This document shows, piece by piece, positions 9,460-19,080 of a stretch of 64,000 nucleotides of DNA (the stretch's first letter is position 1; every line of letters starts with the position of its first letter). A program made the translations under genes and the position numbers. The notes under the pieces were generated by a model. It was not told the DNA's origin, did no database searches, and saw only the letters and a list, made by a program, of their open reading frames with translations. The DNA is from an uncultured virus (IMG/VR IMGVR_UViG_3300028886_002149) (lineage: Duplodnaviria > Heunggongvirae > Uroviricota > Caudoviricetes). The DNA lies in IMG/VR virus record IMGVR_UViG_3300028886_002149, one strand, 5' to 3'.

Positions 9460-12090
9460 ATGGCAAAGCTGAGTGATTTGAAGAAGGTTGAGTTGCTTGA
9501 GGAAAAAGTCATCAGCAATGACAAGGATGGTGTTAAGACGGTACTTGCTGAACAGAGTCCTATTGAGTTTACAGCAAAGGCATTGGGACTTGCCTGCCGT
9601 TTTTCTGGAGCGGAGATGGTAGAAACCTTGATTGATGGTGGAGCTACCTTTGTTTTTGAATTTTCGCCAGCGTTGAAACGCAAATATGATTGTAAGGTTG
9701 CAATAAGTAACAACAATGATATGCCAGTTGATTTTGCTTGGTATCTTTTCCCGGAATATGAAGTGAAAGGGTACTCTAATAAGGTAATAGATGATTCCGA
9801 ACGAGTTAAGGTTTTAGAGGTTTTGCATCAGAAAAATATGGGTAATTTCCAGGAAATCCTGTATTATTCAATTCTATATAACGATTCAGCTATATATGAT
9901 GAGTTGCAGAAACTGGGTGTAAAAGAACTGTCTGATTATAGAACGGATATGATAGCTGGCAGGGTTCCTATGAACAGGCTTGATGTGTTCGCGGGGCATG
10001 ACAGATGGATATTCCGTAGACTTCTTCAAGAGAAAGATGATGCGTATATTAGCGTTATGCTGGAGCGGTTTATGTCATGCATGAACGTTGAATCCATTAC
10101 GTTTTTCCCTTCTGATTATTATGCTCCTGATTGGGAAAAGCATTCCGGAAAAGAGGTGTTTATTTCCAAATTCTGTTCAGAAAAGTTGTTTGATTTCTTT
10201 GTGAAGAAAACAAACATGGTGGAAAAAGTAAAAAAATGGGATTTGATGTTTGCGATTGTAGAGCAGAATAATCCCTCAGCTATGCAATATGCATTAAATG
10301 AGAACTGGCTAAGTAAACCTAAGGATATTGATACACTTTTCAAGCATATCCAGGAACAAAAGAATGTAAAACCCGAATTGGTAGGATATGTGCTTGAACG
10401 ACAGAATGAAAAAGGCCCTGAGGCTACAAAGAAGGAAACCGCTGACAAAGCACTTTCTTTAGATGATAAGCCGTTATCAGCAGCCGAATTGAAAAAAATA
10501 TGGAGTACAAAAAAGCTTGATGACGGCACGCTGATAATTACGTCATATAAGGGCGAGGATAAGGATGTTGTAATTCCGTCAGCGTTTGGTAAAGTAGAAG
10601 TTACTGCCATTGATCCTGAAACATTTAACCCAGGGGCAGCTAGGCTTAATGAGGTTCAACAGAAAATCCGTAGTGAGATTTCTTCGGTTGTTATTCCGGG
10701 AACAATTAGGGAGATTCCCAAGGAGTTGTTTAAGGCTTCATATCCCTATGGTGAAAGGATTGCATTAAAGAGAATTGTTCTCGAGGAAGGAATCACGAAG
10801 ATATGTGATAAAGCTTTTGAGGGATGTAAGGGACTTGAAGAAATAGTCATTCCCGATAGCGTTAAGGAGATTGGAGCGTATGCATTCTGGGATTGCGAGA
10901 ATTTAAAAAATATCCGTATTCCAAGTCATATCACTGTTCTTTCAAGGGGTATTTTCAATAATACTGGTTTTGAGAGTTTTGATGTTGAGGATCGTTTTAC
11001 ATCTATTGAAGAAAGTGTATTCAGTGGATGCAAATTCTTAAAAAACGTAAAATTACCAAGTGCAATGACAGAGATTCCTCAGAGTATGTTTGAAGGATGT
11101 GAGTCGTTAGAGTCGATTGATTTTCCTTCGAGTGCTACAGCAATAGGAAAATATGCATTTGCGAGAAGCGGTTTGACAAAGTGCTGTATTCCTGACCGCA
11201 TAAAAACTATAGGGGATGGAGCATTTTCGGGGTGCAGGGCTTTGGAAAGTATCACAGTTGCGAAAGATGCAGTGATTGGAGAATCGGCTTTTTCTGATTG
11301 TGATGCATTGGCAGATTCAAATGGAATTATTGCGGTCGGAGGAGTCCTGTACGGTCTTCTTAATCCAGATGGATACTGGAAATTGCCACCTGAATTACAG
11401 ATTAAACCGATTGTCCTGGGAGAAGATATTGTAAGTGTATCTGTGCCGATTGATTCTCTTCCACAGATAGTTTGCAGAGAGTATTCGGGAGAAGGTAGCA
11501 CAGTTGATTTGGAAACTATGTCTGTGGGAGATAGCATAGAGTTTGGCAGATTCCCTGTTGATGAAGACTATACTATGCAGCCTTTGAAGTGGAGAGTTTT
11601 GGCAAAAGAAGACGGAAAAGCACTACTTATGACAGAGAAAGATATCATCAGTCTTGATGACGAAGTTAAACAAAAAGGTGTATGGGCTGATAGCTTTGTC
11701 AGAAAAATGCTTAATGATGGTTTTATTAATGTTGCATTTACTGAACGTGAAAAAGAGCAGATATTAACTACCACAATAAGTACACCTAAGAATAAGGAGT
11801 GTAAGTCTGATGGAGGCCCAGATACGAAGGATAGAGTTTTCCTGCTTAGCGTAGATGAAGTGGAAAAGTATTTTCCGAACCAAGAAGACAGAAAATCTGA
11901 GCCTACGGAGTATGCGCATAAACAGCGTCCAACCAGAAGAGACAGTGGATTCTGGCAGCTTCGTACACCAGGTAAGGATAATTGGGGATCTGTAGCTGTT
12001 TCAGATTACTTTGGTGATTACTGTGCAATGACAGGCAATCACGTTGGGTTCAGTTATGTGAGACCTGCTATTTGGATAAAGAATATCTAA
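9460..12090 (+). CDS. BspA-type leucine-rich-repeat protein with C-terminal DUF6273-like domain, no signal peptide
   Basis: Repeated IG..AF..C..L..I.IP; C-terminal WRVLAK...DRVFLLSVDE...WQLRTPG...VRPAIWI. Confidence 0.85.
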   Translation: MAKLSDLKKVELLEEKVISNDKDGVKTVLAEQSPIEFTAKALGLACRFSGAEMVETLIDGGATFVFEFSPALKRKYDCKVAISNNNDMPVDFAWYLFPEYEVKGYSNKVIDDSERVKVLEVLHQKNMGNFQEILYYSILYNDSAIYDELQKLGVKELSDYRTDMIAGRVPMNRLDVFAGHDRWIFRRLLQEKDDAYISVMLERFMSCMNVESITFFPSDYYAPDWEKHSGKEVFISKFCSEKLFDFFVKKTNMVEKVKKWDLMFAIVEQNNPSAMQYALNENWLSKPKDIDTLFKHIQEQKNVKPELVGYVLERQNEKGPEATKKETADKALSLDDKPLSAAELKKIWSTKKLDDGTLIITSYKGEDKDVVIPSAFGKVEVTAIDPETFNPGAARLNEVQQKIRSEISSVVIPGTIREIPKELFKASYPYGERIALKRIVLEEGITKICDKAFEGCKGLEEIVIPDSVKEIGAYAFWDCENLKNIRIPSHITVLSRGIFNNTGFESFDVEDRFTSIEESVFSGCKFLKNVKLPSAMTEIPQSMFEGCESLESIDFPSSATAIGKYAFARSGLTKCCIPDRIKTIGDGAFSGCRALESITVAKDAVIGESAFSDCDALADSNGIIAVGGVLYGLLNPDGYWKLPPELQIKPIVLGEDIVSVSVPIDSLPQIVCREYSGEGSTVDLETMSVGDSIEFGRFPVDEDYTMQPLKWRVLAKEDGKALLMTEKDIISLDDEVKQKGVWADSFVRKMLNDGFINVAFTEREKEQILTTTISTPKNKECKSDGGPDTKDRVFLLSVDEVEKYFPNQEDRKSEPTEYAHKQRPTRRDSGFWQLRTPGKDNWGSVAVSDYFGDYCAMTGNHVGFSYVRPAIWIKNI

Positions 12091-12107
12091 AACGTTTATT
12101 ATTTGAT

Positions 12108-12144
12108 GCTCACGGACGGTTTTAGCCGTTCGTGAGTGTTATTT
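12108..12144 (+). terminator. Stem-loop/terminator between LRR genes
   Basis: GCTCACGGACGG-TTTTAG-CCGTTCGTGAGT then GTTATTT. Confidence 0.65.
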
Positions 12145-12224
12145 GAATGTTGAAATACACCGGAGGGGAGTGTATCTAAGGAAAACTATATGATATAGCT
12201 CTTGATTATCAAGGAGGTAGAATC

Positions 12225-13847
12225 GTGAAAGAGAAGGATTTTGTTATTGAGGATGATATTTTAGTTGAGTATTCAGGAAAAGGCGGAGACATTATTATTC
12301 CTGACGGTGTAAGAAAAATAGGAAAAGGGTGGCAATGGGATACGCACTTTAGAGATGTAGAAAATATAGATTCAATAACTATACCTGAAAGTGTAGAGGA
12401 GATCGTAGACGGAGCATTTAGATTTACCAAAACATTGAAGAGAATAGAGATACCCAAAAGCGTGAAAGTAATTGGACGTAGTGCGTTCTGGAGATGCGAT
12501 AGTCTGGAAGAGGTATATATTTACGGAGATAGCATCAAGGCATATGGCAAGGTGTTTGAAGACTGCTCTTCGCTAAAAAGAATAGTTGCCCCCTATTTGC
12601 CTCTTAATACTTTTTCTGAACCCGAAGTAAAGCCATTAATGCTTATGGGATATATTGAGGATCCGGGAAGATATGAAGGAGAGCAATCTAAGCAGTATCT
12701 AAAGTATTTGATTAGCCAAAGGAAAAAACTCATACCGATATTGTTGAAAACAGATTGTGTTAAGGGCATTAAAATTTTAGCTGATAACAAGAAAATTGAT
12801 GCGGATAATTTCGATGAAGAGTATTTTCAGCCTGCATCAGCTGCTAATGCGCTACAGAGTATTGCATTTTTGCTTGAATGGAAGAACCAAAACATGTCGT
12901 ACGATGATAAATTGCAGATAAGCGATAAGGAGCCTGAGATTAAACCCTTATCTCTTACCGAACTTAAAAAACTATGGGCATTTGAGGAAAAAGGAGATTC
13001 GATTGTAATAACGGATTATAAGGGAGATGATGAGGCTGTCATTATTCCTGATACCATCGGGGATAAGAAAGTAATAGGCCTTGGTGAGTTTGTTTTTTCG
13101 CCGGAAAAACCAAAGAGAACGGCAAAAAGAAAGCCATATTTTAATTCATCAATAAAGAGTGTTATTGTCCCCGACGGTGTAACTGAAATCGGAAACGGTG
13201 CTTTCTTAAACTGTGGAGGATTAAAGGAAATAAAATTGCCGAAGACCAGCATGAGCATCGGAAAAGAGGCATTTCGTGGATGTGAAAATCTTGCAAATGC
13301 TGATGGGCTGATCATAATTAATGATGTTCTGTATGGATTTTCAAAACAAACAATCAAAGAGAATGTTATAATTCCGGATTGCGTTACTGTTGTGGGAGAC
13401 AGGGCATTCTTTGAATGCTTTTCAATAAAAAAAGTTGTATTATCCAAGAGCGTTCAAAGCATTGGTGTCTCATCATTTGGCGAATGCCTGGCTCTTCAAG
13501 AGATAGAAATTCCGTCTTCTGTATGTGAAATTGGTGCAGGTGCATTTTTTCATTGTAAGGAGCTGAGCAAAGTAGAAATACCGGATGCTGTAAAGAGAAT
13601 AGAAGATACTACGTTTATGAAATGTATCCAGCTCAAAAGGGTGATCATTCCAAAGAACGTATCACAGATAGGTGTATGGGCATTTAACCAGTGTAATCGT
13701 CTTGAAGAGATTGTGATTGAATGCGTTGATGCAGAAATCGGACAGTGGGCATTCGATAATTGTGCAAAATTGACCGTATCTGTTGTGAAGGGGTCTGCTA
13801 CCAAAGAACGTGTAAAAGAGGCAGGGGTTTCTTTTAAAGAAGTATAG
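12225..13847 (+). CDS. BspA-type leucine-rich-repeat protein, no signal peptide
   Basis: Many IP..V..IG..AF..C..L repeats; AGGAGG RBS, GTG start. Confidence 0.88.
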   Translation: MKEKDFVIEDDILVEYSGKGGDIIIPDGVRKIGKGWQWDTHFRDVENIDSITIPESVEEIVDGAFRFTKTLKRIEIPKSVKVIGRSAFWRCDSLEEVYIYGDSIKAYGKVFEDCSSLKRIVAPYLPLNTFSEPEVKPLMLMGYIEDPGRYEGEQSKQYLKYLISQRKKLIPILLKTDCVKGIKILADNKKIDADNFDEEYFQPASAANALQSIAFLLEWKNQNMSYDDKLQISDKEPEIKPLSLTELKKLWAFEEKGDSIVITDYKGDDEAVIIPDTIGDKKVIGLGEFVFSPEKPKRTAKRKPYFNSSIKSVIVPDGVTEIGNGAFLNCGGLKEIKLPKTSMSIGKEAFRGCENLANADGLIIINDVLYGFSKQTIKENVIIPDCVTVVGDRAFFECFSIKKVVLSKSVQSIGVSSFGECLALQEIEIPSSVCEIGAGAFFHCKELSKVEIPDAVKRIEDTTFMKCIQLKRVIIPKNVSQIGVWAFNQCNRLEEIVIECVDAEIGQWAFDNCAKLTVSVVKGSATKERVKEAGVSFKEV

Positions 13848-13898
13848 TGAGCGTATTGCGATGATTGAAATGGAAAAATTGTGAAAGGAGGGGCCGAC

Positions 13899-15323
13899 AT
13901 GTCTGAAGTAAAAGATAAAATCGATAAGTTAGCAATTGATGTGTTGGCTCTTTCCAGAAATACGCTTATTGTTGACCTGAGATTTATGAACAGAGCTATA
14001 AGTATGTTAAAACCGGTTAAATTGGAAGGGTTTAACAATGTAGCTGTTGATGGTGAAAGTATAGGATATGATCCTATATTTGTTCTTGAATCATACAAGT
14101 CAAATAAGAATCTTTCTACACGGCAATACCTACATATGGTTTTCCATTGTGTATTTCAGCATTTTTATGTTAGCACGCTTGTCAATCAGGATGCATGGAA
14201 TTTAGCTTGCGATATAGCAGTAGAGAACTCGATTAACGAATTAGGATTACAATGTGTAGATATAGGAAAAACGCTGGAACAACAGAGAGAAATTGTAAAA
14301 ATTAAACAAAAAGTAAAGTATATGACAGCCGAGGCGTTATATAGATACTTTTGCGATCTGAATTTATCTTCCGAAGAAATGTGGAAGATCAGACAGTTGT
14401 TTTTTCAAGATGATCATGCAGTTTGGTTTGAGCGAGAATTGAGATTATCGTTATCTACGGTATCCGTGTCCGGTAAACTTGCCGGTGCGAATGAAACGGA
14501 AGATGGCAAGAATAGAAAAGAAGGGCTGAGAAACGGAGAAAATAGTTCCGGGAATGTCGGGATAAGAGGTAATTTGCGCGATGAATGGAAGAAAATATCA
14601 AGCCAAATGCAGATGGATCTTGAAACGTTTTCTAAGCTTCGCGGTGATTCAGCAGGTTCATTGATTCAAAACCTAAACGCAATAAACAGAGAAAAATATG
14701 ACTATTCTACATTCTTAAAAAAGTTTGCCGTGTTAGGTGAAGCCATGAAAATCAATGACGACGAATTTGATTATATTTTTTATACCTACGGTTTGAGGAT
14801 GTATGAAAAGATGCCATTGATAGAGCCTTTGGAATACAAGGAAGTGAAAAGAATTAAAGAATTTGTCATTGCGATCGATACATCAGGTTCTACCAGCGGA
14901 GAGTTAGTTCAGGCATTTGTTCAGAAAACATATAATATACTAAAGCAGCAGGAGACTTTTTTTACAAGAATAAATCTTCATATTGTACAATGTGATGCTG
15001 ATATTCAAGAGATAGTAAAAATAACGAATCAAGATGAATTTGATGAATATTTAAAATGTATGGAAATCCATGGCCTGGGTGGGACTGATTTCAGACCGGT
15101 GTTTTCATATGTTGATAAACTCATTGAGAATCACGAGTTTAATAATCTAAAGGGTTTGATATATTTTACAGATGGATTTGGTGTGTTTCCTCAAAAACAA
15201 CCTGATTATCAAGTGGCATTTATTTATGTTGATGAAGGATATGAGTATCCGGAAGTTCCTGTATGGGCTATTAAGCTAGTTCTAAATCGTGAAGAGATAG
15301 AGGAGTCAACCGATGAATATTAA
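13899..15323 (+). CDS. DUF2201-like metallopeptidase-fold + vWA domain protein
   Basis: HMVFH-x4-H, WNLACD; MIDAS DTSGS, GGTDF, FTDG. Confidence 0.85.
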   Translation: MSEVKDKIDKLAIDVLALSRNTLIVDLRFMNRAISMLKPVKLEGFNNVAVDGESIGYDPIFVLESYKSNKNLSTRQYLHMVFHCVFQHFYVSTLVNQDAWNLACDIAVENSINELGLQCVDIGKTLEQQREIVKIKQKVKYMTAEALYRYFCDLNLSSEEMWKIRQLFFQDDHAVWFERELRLSLSTVSVSGKLAGANETEDGKNRKEGLRNGENSSGNVGIRGNLRDEWKKISSQMQMDLETFSKLRGDSAGSLIQNLNAINREKYDYSTFLKKFAVLGEAMKINDDEFDYIFYTYGLRMYEKMPLIEPLEYKEVKRIKEFVIAIDTSGSTSGELVQAFVQKTYNILKQQETFFTRINLHIVQCDADIQEIVKITNQDEFDEYLKCMEIHGLGGTDFRPVFSYVDKLIENHEFNNLKGLIYFTDGFGVFPQKQPDYQVAFIYVDEGYEYPEVPVWAIKLVLNREEIEESTDEY

Positions 15324-16824
15324 AGAAGCAAAAACACAAATTAAAAATGCTATGATTGCATATTTCACTAAGAATGAAATCGGTGAATATATTGTGCCTA
15401 TTGAAAAACAGCGCCCTGTTTTTCTTATGGGTCCTCCCGGAATAGGTAAAACTGCAATTATGGAACAAATAGCTTCAGAAATGAACGTCGGCCTTCTGTC
15501 ATATTCTATGACTCATCATACTCGTCAGAGTGCTTTGGGGTTGCCGTTTATTGAGCATAAAACATACAAAGGTATTGAATATGATATTTCGGAGTATACC
15601 ATGAGCGAGATAGTGGCTTCCATATATGAGCTTATGGAAAAATCAGGGGTTGAAGAGGGAATACTCTTTTTGGATGAGATTAATTGCGTTTCTGAAACTC
15701 TTGCTCCTGTTATGTTACAGTTTCTGCAATACAAAGTATTCGGGAGGCATAAAATACCGGATGGATGGATTGTTGTTACTGCGGGAAATCCTCCGGAGTA
15801 TAATAATTCAGTCAGAGAATTTGATATTGTAACGTGGGATCGATTAAAGAGAGTTGATGTCGAACCTGATTATGATGTGTGGAAAGAATATGCATTTACT
15901 AAAGGAGTACACGCATCGGTTCTTACATATCTGGATATAAAAAAAGCAGATTTTTATAAGGTTGAATCCACTGTAGACGGGAAAATTTTTGTCACAGCCA
16001 GAGGCTGGGATGATTTGAGTCAGATGATTCAATTATATGAAATTAATGGAATTAATGTTGATGAAAACCTAATATGTCAATATATACAGAGTCCGAGAAT
16101 AGCAAAGGATTTTGCAGTATATTACGAACTGTATTTGAAATATAAAAGCGATTATAAGATTGAACGAATATTGGAGGGAAAACAAGACAAAAGTATTATA
16201 AGTAGAGCAAAAAAGGCTAAATTTGATGAGAGATTATCACTCTTAGGAATGATACTCGATTCTTTGTATTACACTGTAAAAGATGTAATTGAAACTTATA
16301 TGGGATTAACCGAACTTGCCTCCATTATAAAAAATTACAGACTGCTCACCAGTCCAAAGGAAAAGAGCCCAAACGAGTATTTATCAGAGATTGCAAAACG
16401 TTTGATTAATGAAGCAGAGGCAGCCAAAATATCAGGAAATCTTTCCAGGGAGGCTTTGTTGAGATTAAAACATAATATTTCAATCATTAACGAAGATATA
16501 GTGAGTGTCGGTAATGAATTGAATTATGATAAGGCATTTAAGATAATCAAAAATGATTATGATGGACGTGTCACGCAGCTCAAGAAGAATGCCAACTGCT
16601 GCGGAGATAGGATTGCCAATGCATTTAAGTTTCTGGAGACGGCATTTGGTGAGGGTCAAGAAATGCTGATAGTAGTAACAGAAATGACATCAAATAATTA
16701 TTTTGCAAAATTCATTAGTCAGTATGGATGTGATGCATATTTCAAACACAATAAGAATTTGTTGTTTTATGAAAGACAACGGGAAATTGATCAGGCGTTA
16801 GAAGACCTAAAGCTTGAGGAATAA
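15313..16824 (+). CDS. MoxR-like AAA+ ATPase
   Basis: GPPGIGKT, LFLDEIN, TAGNP, TARGW; overlaps vWA gene. Confidence 0.88.
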   Translation: MNIKEAKTQIKNAMIAYFTKNEIGEYIVPIEKQRPVFLMGPPGIGKTAIMEQIASEMNVGLLSYSMTHHTRQSALGLPFIEHKTYKGIEYDISEYTMSEIVASIYELMEKSGVEEGILFLDEINCVSETLAPVMLQFLQYKVFGRHKIPDGWIVVTAGNPPEYNNSVREFDIVTWDRLKRVDVEPDYDVWKEYAFTKGVHASVLTYLDIKKADFYKVESTVDGKIFVTARGWDDLSQMIQLYEINGINVDENLICQYIQSPRIAKDFAVYYELYLKYKSDYKIERILEGKQDKSIISRAKKAKFDERLSLLGMILDSLYYTVKDVIETYMGLTELASIIKNYRLLTSPKEKSPNEYLSEIAKRLINEAEAAKISGNLSREALLRLKHNISIINEDIVSVGNELNYDKAFKIIKNDYDGRVTQLKKNANCCGDRIANAFKFLETAFGEGQEMLIVVTEMTSNNYFAKFISQYGCDAYFKHNKNLLFYERQREIDQALEDLKLEE

Positions 16825-16841
16825 TTCCAAAACGGATATTT

Positions 16842-16879
16842 GACCTTCAGAAAGGAAGTATTTCTGGAGGTCTTTTATT
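16842..16879 (+). terminator. Intrinsic terminator ending cargo island 1
   Basis: GACCTTCAGAAA-7-TTTCTGGAGGTC-TTTTATT. Confidence 0.8.
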
Positions 16880-16960
16880 ATGCAGATTAGTTTTGCAGCA
16901 ATGTATCTCGACAATGAATATTGACTCCTAACCGACTGATAAAATGGGATAATTGTTATC

Positions 16961-17018
16961 TTGACATGTAGTCAATGACTACATTATAATATAAGTAGAA
17001 CTATACGCACTGACTACA
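16961..17018 (+). promoter_or_regulatory. Promoter with palindromic operator
   Basis: TTGACA-18-TATAAT with perfect ATGTAGTCA-A-TGACTACAT palindrome (16966-16984) and a second TGACTACA half-site at 17011. Confidence 0.75.
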
Positions 17019-17031
17019 CTGGGAGGTGTTT

Positions 17032-17307
17032 ATGAAGAAGGATATATATAACCTCGAAGGTATCGAGATTGAGGTTGAAGCGTATGATAAAGCTGATAAG
17101 GCTGCTGATCGCCGCCGTGTTGCTTATTGTTTCAAAATGATTAGGGAAAAGTCAGGTATGTCCAGAACTGATTTTTCTGCGTGGTTGGGAATACCTTATC
17201 GCACCATGCAGGAATGGGAACTTGGCCGCAGAGCAATGCCGGAATATGTTCTTCGCTTGATTGCCTATAAGGTGATGAATGAACTACGCGAAGGGAGGAT
17301 TGGTTGA
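17032..17307 (+). CDS. XRE-family HTH protein
   Basis: IREKSGMSRTDFS..LGIPYRTMQEWELGRR. Confidence 0.85.
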   Translation: MKKDIYNLEGIEIEVEAYDKADKAADRRRVAYCFKMIREKSGMSRTDFSAWLGIPYRTMQEWELGRRAMPEYVLRLIAYKVMNELREGRIG

Positions 17308-17308
17308 T

Positions 17309-17593
17309 ATGTTTATACTGAGAAAACTGTTTAAGATTATGCTGCTTCCGGTAGTCTTTGTTTTGTTCTTTATCAAATGGCTGTTGGCAACATCGTTGAA
17401 ACTTACTGAATCAATCGTGGGTCTTCTTACTATGATTGTAGGTGCAGGTATTATATATTATCTTGTCTGCAAGAGATGGTCGGACGTTTTTCTTATGTCA
17501 CTAATCTTTGCTGCAATCATGGTTCTCTTGCTGGCTATTATTACAGTACAGGACTGGTGTGATATATTGATTGAGAAAATAGGAGCACTTTGA
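17309..17593 (+). CDS. Small membrane protein
   Basis: Three hydrophobic segments; GGAGG upstream. Confidence 0.7.
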   Translation: MFILRKLFKIMLLPVVFVLFFIKWLLATSLKLTESIVGLLTMIVGAGIIYYLVCKRWSDVFLMSLIFAAIMVLLLAIITVQDWCDILIEKIGAL

Positions 17594-17630
17594 TTGGGTG
17601 AAGGTACAGAATTTGATTTAAAGAACAAAT

Positions 17631-17680
17631 AGTACCAAAATAGTACCTTTTCAGTACGAAAGAAGTACCTTTACAGTATT
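17631..17680 (+). repeat. Five AGTAC/AGTAT direct repeats at exact 11-bp period
   Basis: Starts at 17631, 17642, 17653, 17664, 17675. Confidence 0.8.
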
Positions 17681-17792
17681 TTTTTTCGAAAATAAGTGTG
17701 TTATATTTACAATGGACAAAGCAAACGGGAAAACAAAAAACACCCGAGCCGCCGAGTCCATTTTCTTTTGCAAAAGAATACCGGCAACGATG

Positions 17793-17846
17793 AGCGTCAG
17801 ATCATGACTTCGAAAGAGGTTGTGAGCCTGGCGCTTTTTTAATGCC
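17793..17846 (+). terminator. Leader terminator/attenuator hairpin of the transfer operon
   Basis: AGCGTCAG.TCATGACTTC-GAAA-GAGGTTGTGA..CTGGCGCT-TTTTT; GNRA loop, several G-U pairs. Confidence 0.7.
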
Positions 17847-17909
17847 ATCAACCAAGGCCGAGGGTGACGATCCGGAGCCGACACAAAAAGCGAAAGGATA
17901 AAACACACT

Positions 17910-18989
17910 ATGGATTATGAAACATTCAAAGAGAAGTTCGTAGAGGACTTAAAGGATAAGCTTTACGAACAGGGCGCCGAGGTAAACGTCTCCGTCCACA
18001 ACGTAAACAAGCTCAACGAGAGCTACGAGGCTGTAACAGTTACGCCTGAGGGCAGCAACATCGGAGTAAACATTCCGATTGATAAGTTCTACGATGCGAT
18101 CGAGAGCGGCAAGACCTACGATGAAGTCGTAGACAAGGCTGTGGATGTTGTAACCAATGGCATTTCTCAGAGACCAGACTTCGATATCGATTCCTTATCT
18201 GATTATTCTCAGATGAAAGAAAAGCTTGCGATGGAAGTTGTTTCTGCAGAAGCCAATAAGGAGATGCTTGAAACCGTACCTCATCAGAATATGGAAGATA
18301 TGGCGGTTGTTTACCGCTTCGTCTTAAGTTCCGATGACGAGGGCAGAGCATCCATCCTGGTTACAAACCAGCTGCTTGAAAACATGGGCGTTACTCCTGA
18401 ACAGCTTCACGCTGATGCGATGGAGAATGCGCCTCAGATCAAGCCTGTCGAGAGCAAGGGCATGAGCGAAGTCATGGCCGAGATGATGGGTGTTGAGCAG
18501 GCTGAAATGATGGGGCTTTTCCCGGTGGCTCCTGAAGATGAAAAGATCTTCGTTGCAACGGTACCCGACAAGGTACACGGTGCCGGAGTTCTTGCTTATC
18601 AGAACTTCATGGACCAGGCAGCCGAGAGAGCAGGCGGAGACTTCTACATCTTACCTTCGAGCATCCACGAGGTCCTCATCGTTCCTGATAACGGAGAGAT
18701 GGGACTTAAGGATCTTGAGGCTATGGTAAGAGAGGTCAATGCAACTCAGGTCGCTCCTGCGGATAAGCTCACCGACAGCGTTTACCACTATGACAGTCAG
18801 GCAAAGATTTTCGAGCTTGGAGAAAAGTTCGTAGCACGCCAGGCTGAAAAGGAAGCGGAACACGCTGAGGAGAAGGGTGAGAAATCCGTTCTTGGTGATC
18901 TCAAAGCCAAGAAGGAGGAAGTCGCTAAGGCTCCCAAGAAGGAACCCATTGACAAGGGCGCGAAAACCAAGGGTGGCGAAGCACTCTAA
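17910..18989 (+). CDS. DUF5688-like ICE protein
   Basis: VNKLN, HGAGVL, FYILPSSIHEVLIVP, MVREVN, LTDSVYHYD. Confidence 0.75.
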   Translation: MDYETFKEKFVEDLKDKLYEQGAEVNVSVHNVNKLNESYEAVTVTPEGSNIGVNIPIDKFYDAIESGKTYDEVVDKAVDVVTNGISQRPDFDIDSLSDYSQMKEKLAMEVVSAEANKEMLETVPHQNMEDMAVVYRFVLSSDDEGRASILVTNQLLENMGVTPEQLHADAMENAPQIKPVESKGMSEVMAEMMGVEQAEMMGLFPVAPEDEKIFVATVPDKVHGAGVLAYQNFMDQAAERAGGDFYILPSSIHEVLIVPDNGEMGLKDLEAMVREVNATQVAPADKLTDSVYHYDSQAKIFELGEKFVARQAEKEAEHAEEKGEKSVLGDLKAKKEEVAKAPKKEPIDKGAKTKGGEAL

Positions 18990-19019
18990 GTAAACACAAA
19001 TCAAACGTTTGAGGCTGGA

Positions 19020-19066
19020 AGCGTCAGGCTGTGGGAAGCTCCCCGGCTTGGCGCTATTCTCATGCC
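19020..19066 (+). terminator. Intra-operon hairpin sharing stem base and tail with the 17793 hairpin
   Basis: AGCGTCAGGCTG...CGGCTTGGCGCT-ATTCTCATGCC. Confidence 0.55.
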
Positions 19067-19080
19067 GGAAAGGAACAGAT

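Noticed and set aside
11900..12090. DUF6273-like C-terminus (WQLRTPG...VRPAIWI) as a diversity-generating retroelement variable region
   Set aside because: No reverse transcriptase ORF and no template repeat differing at adenines seen in the window; action in trans cannot be excluded
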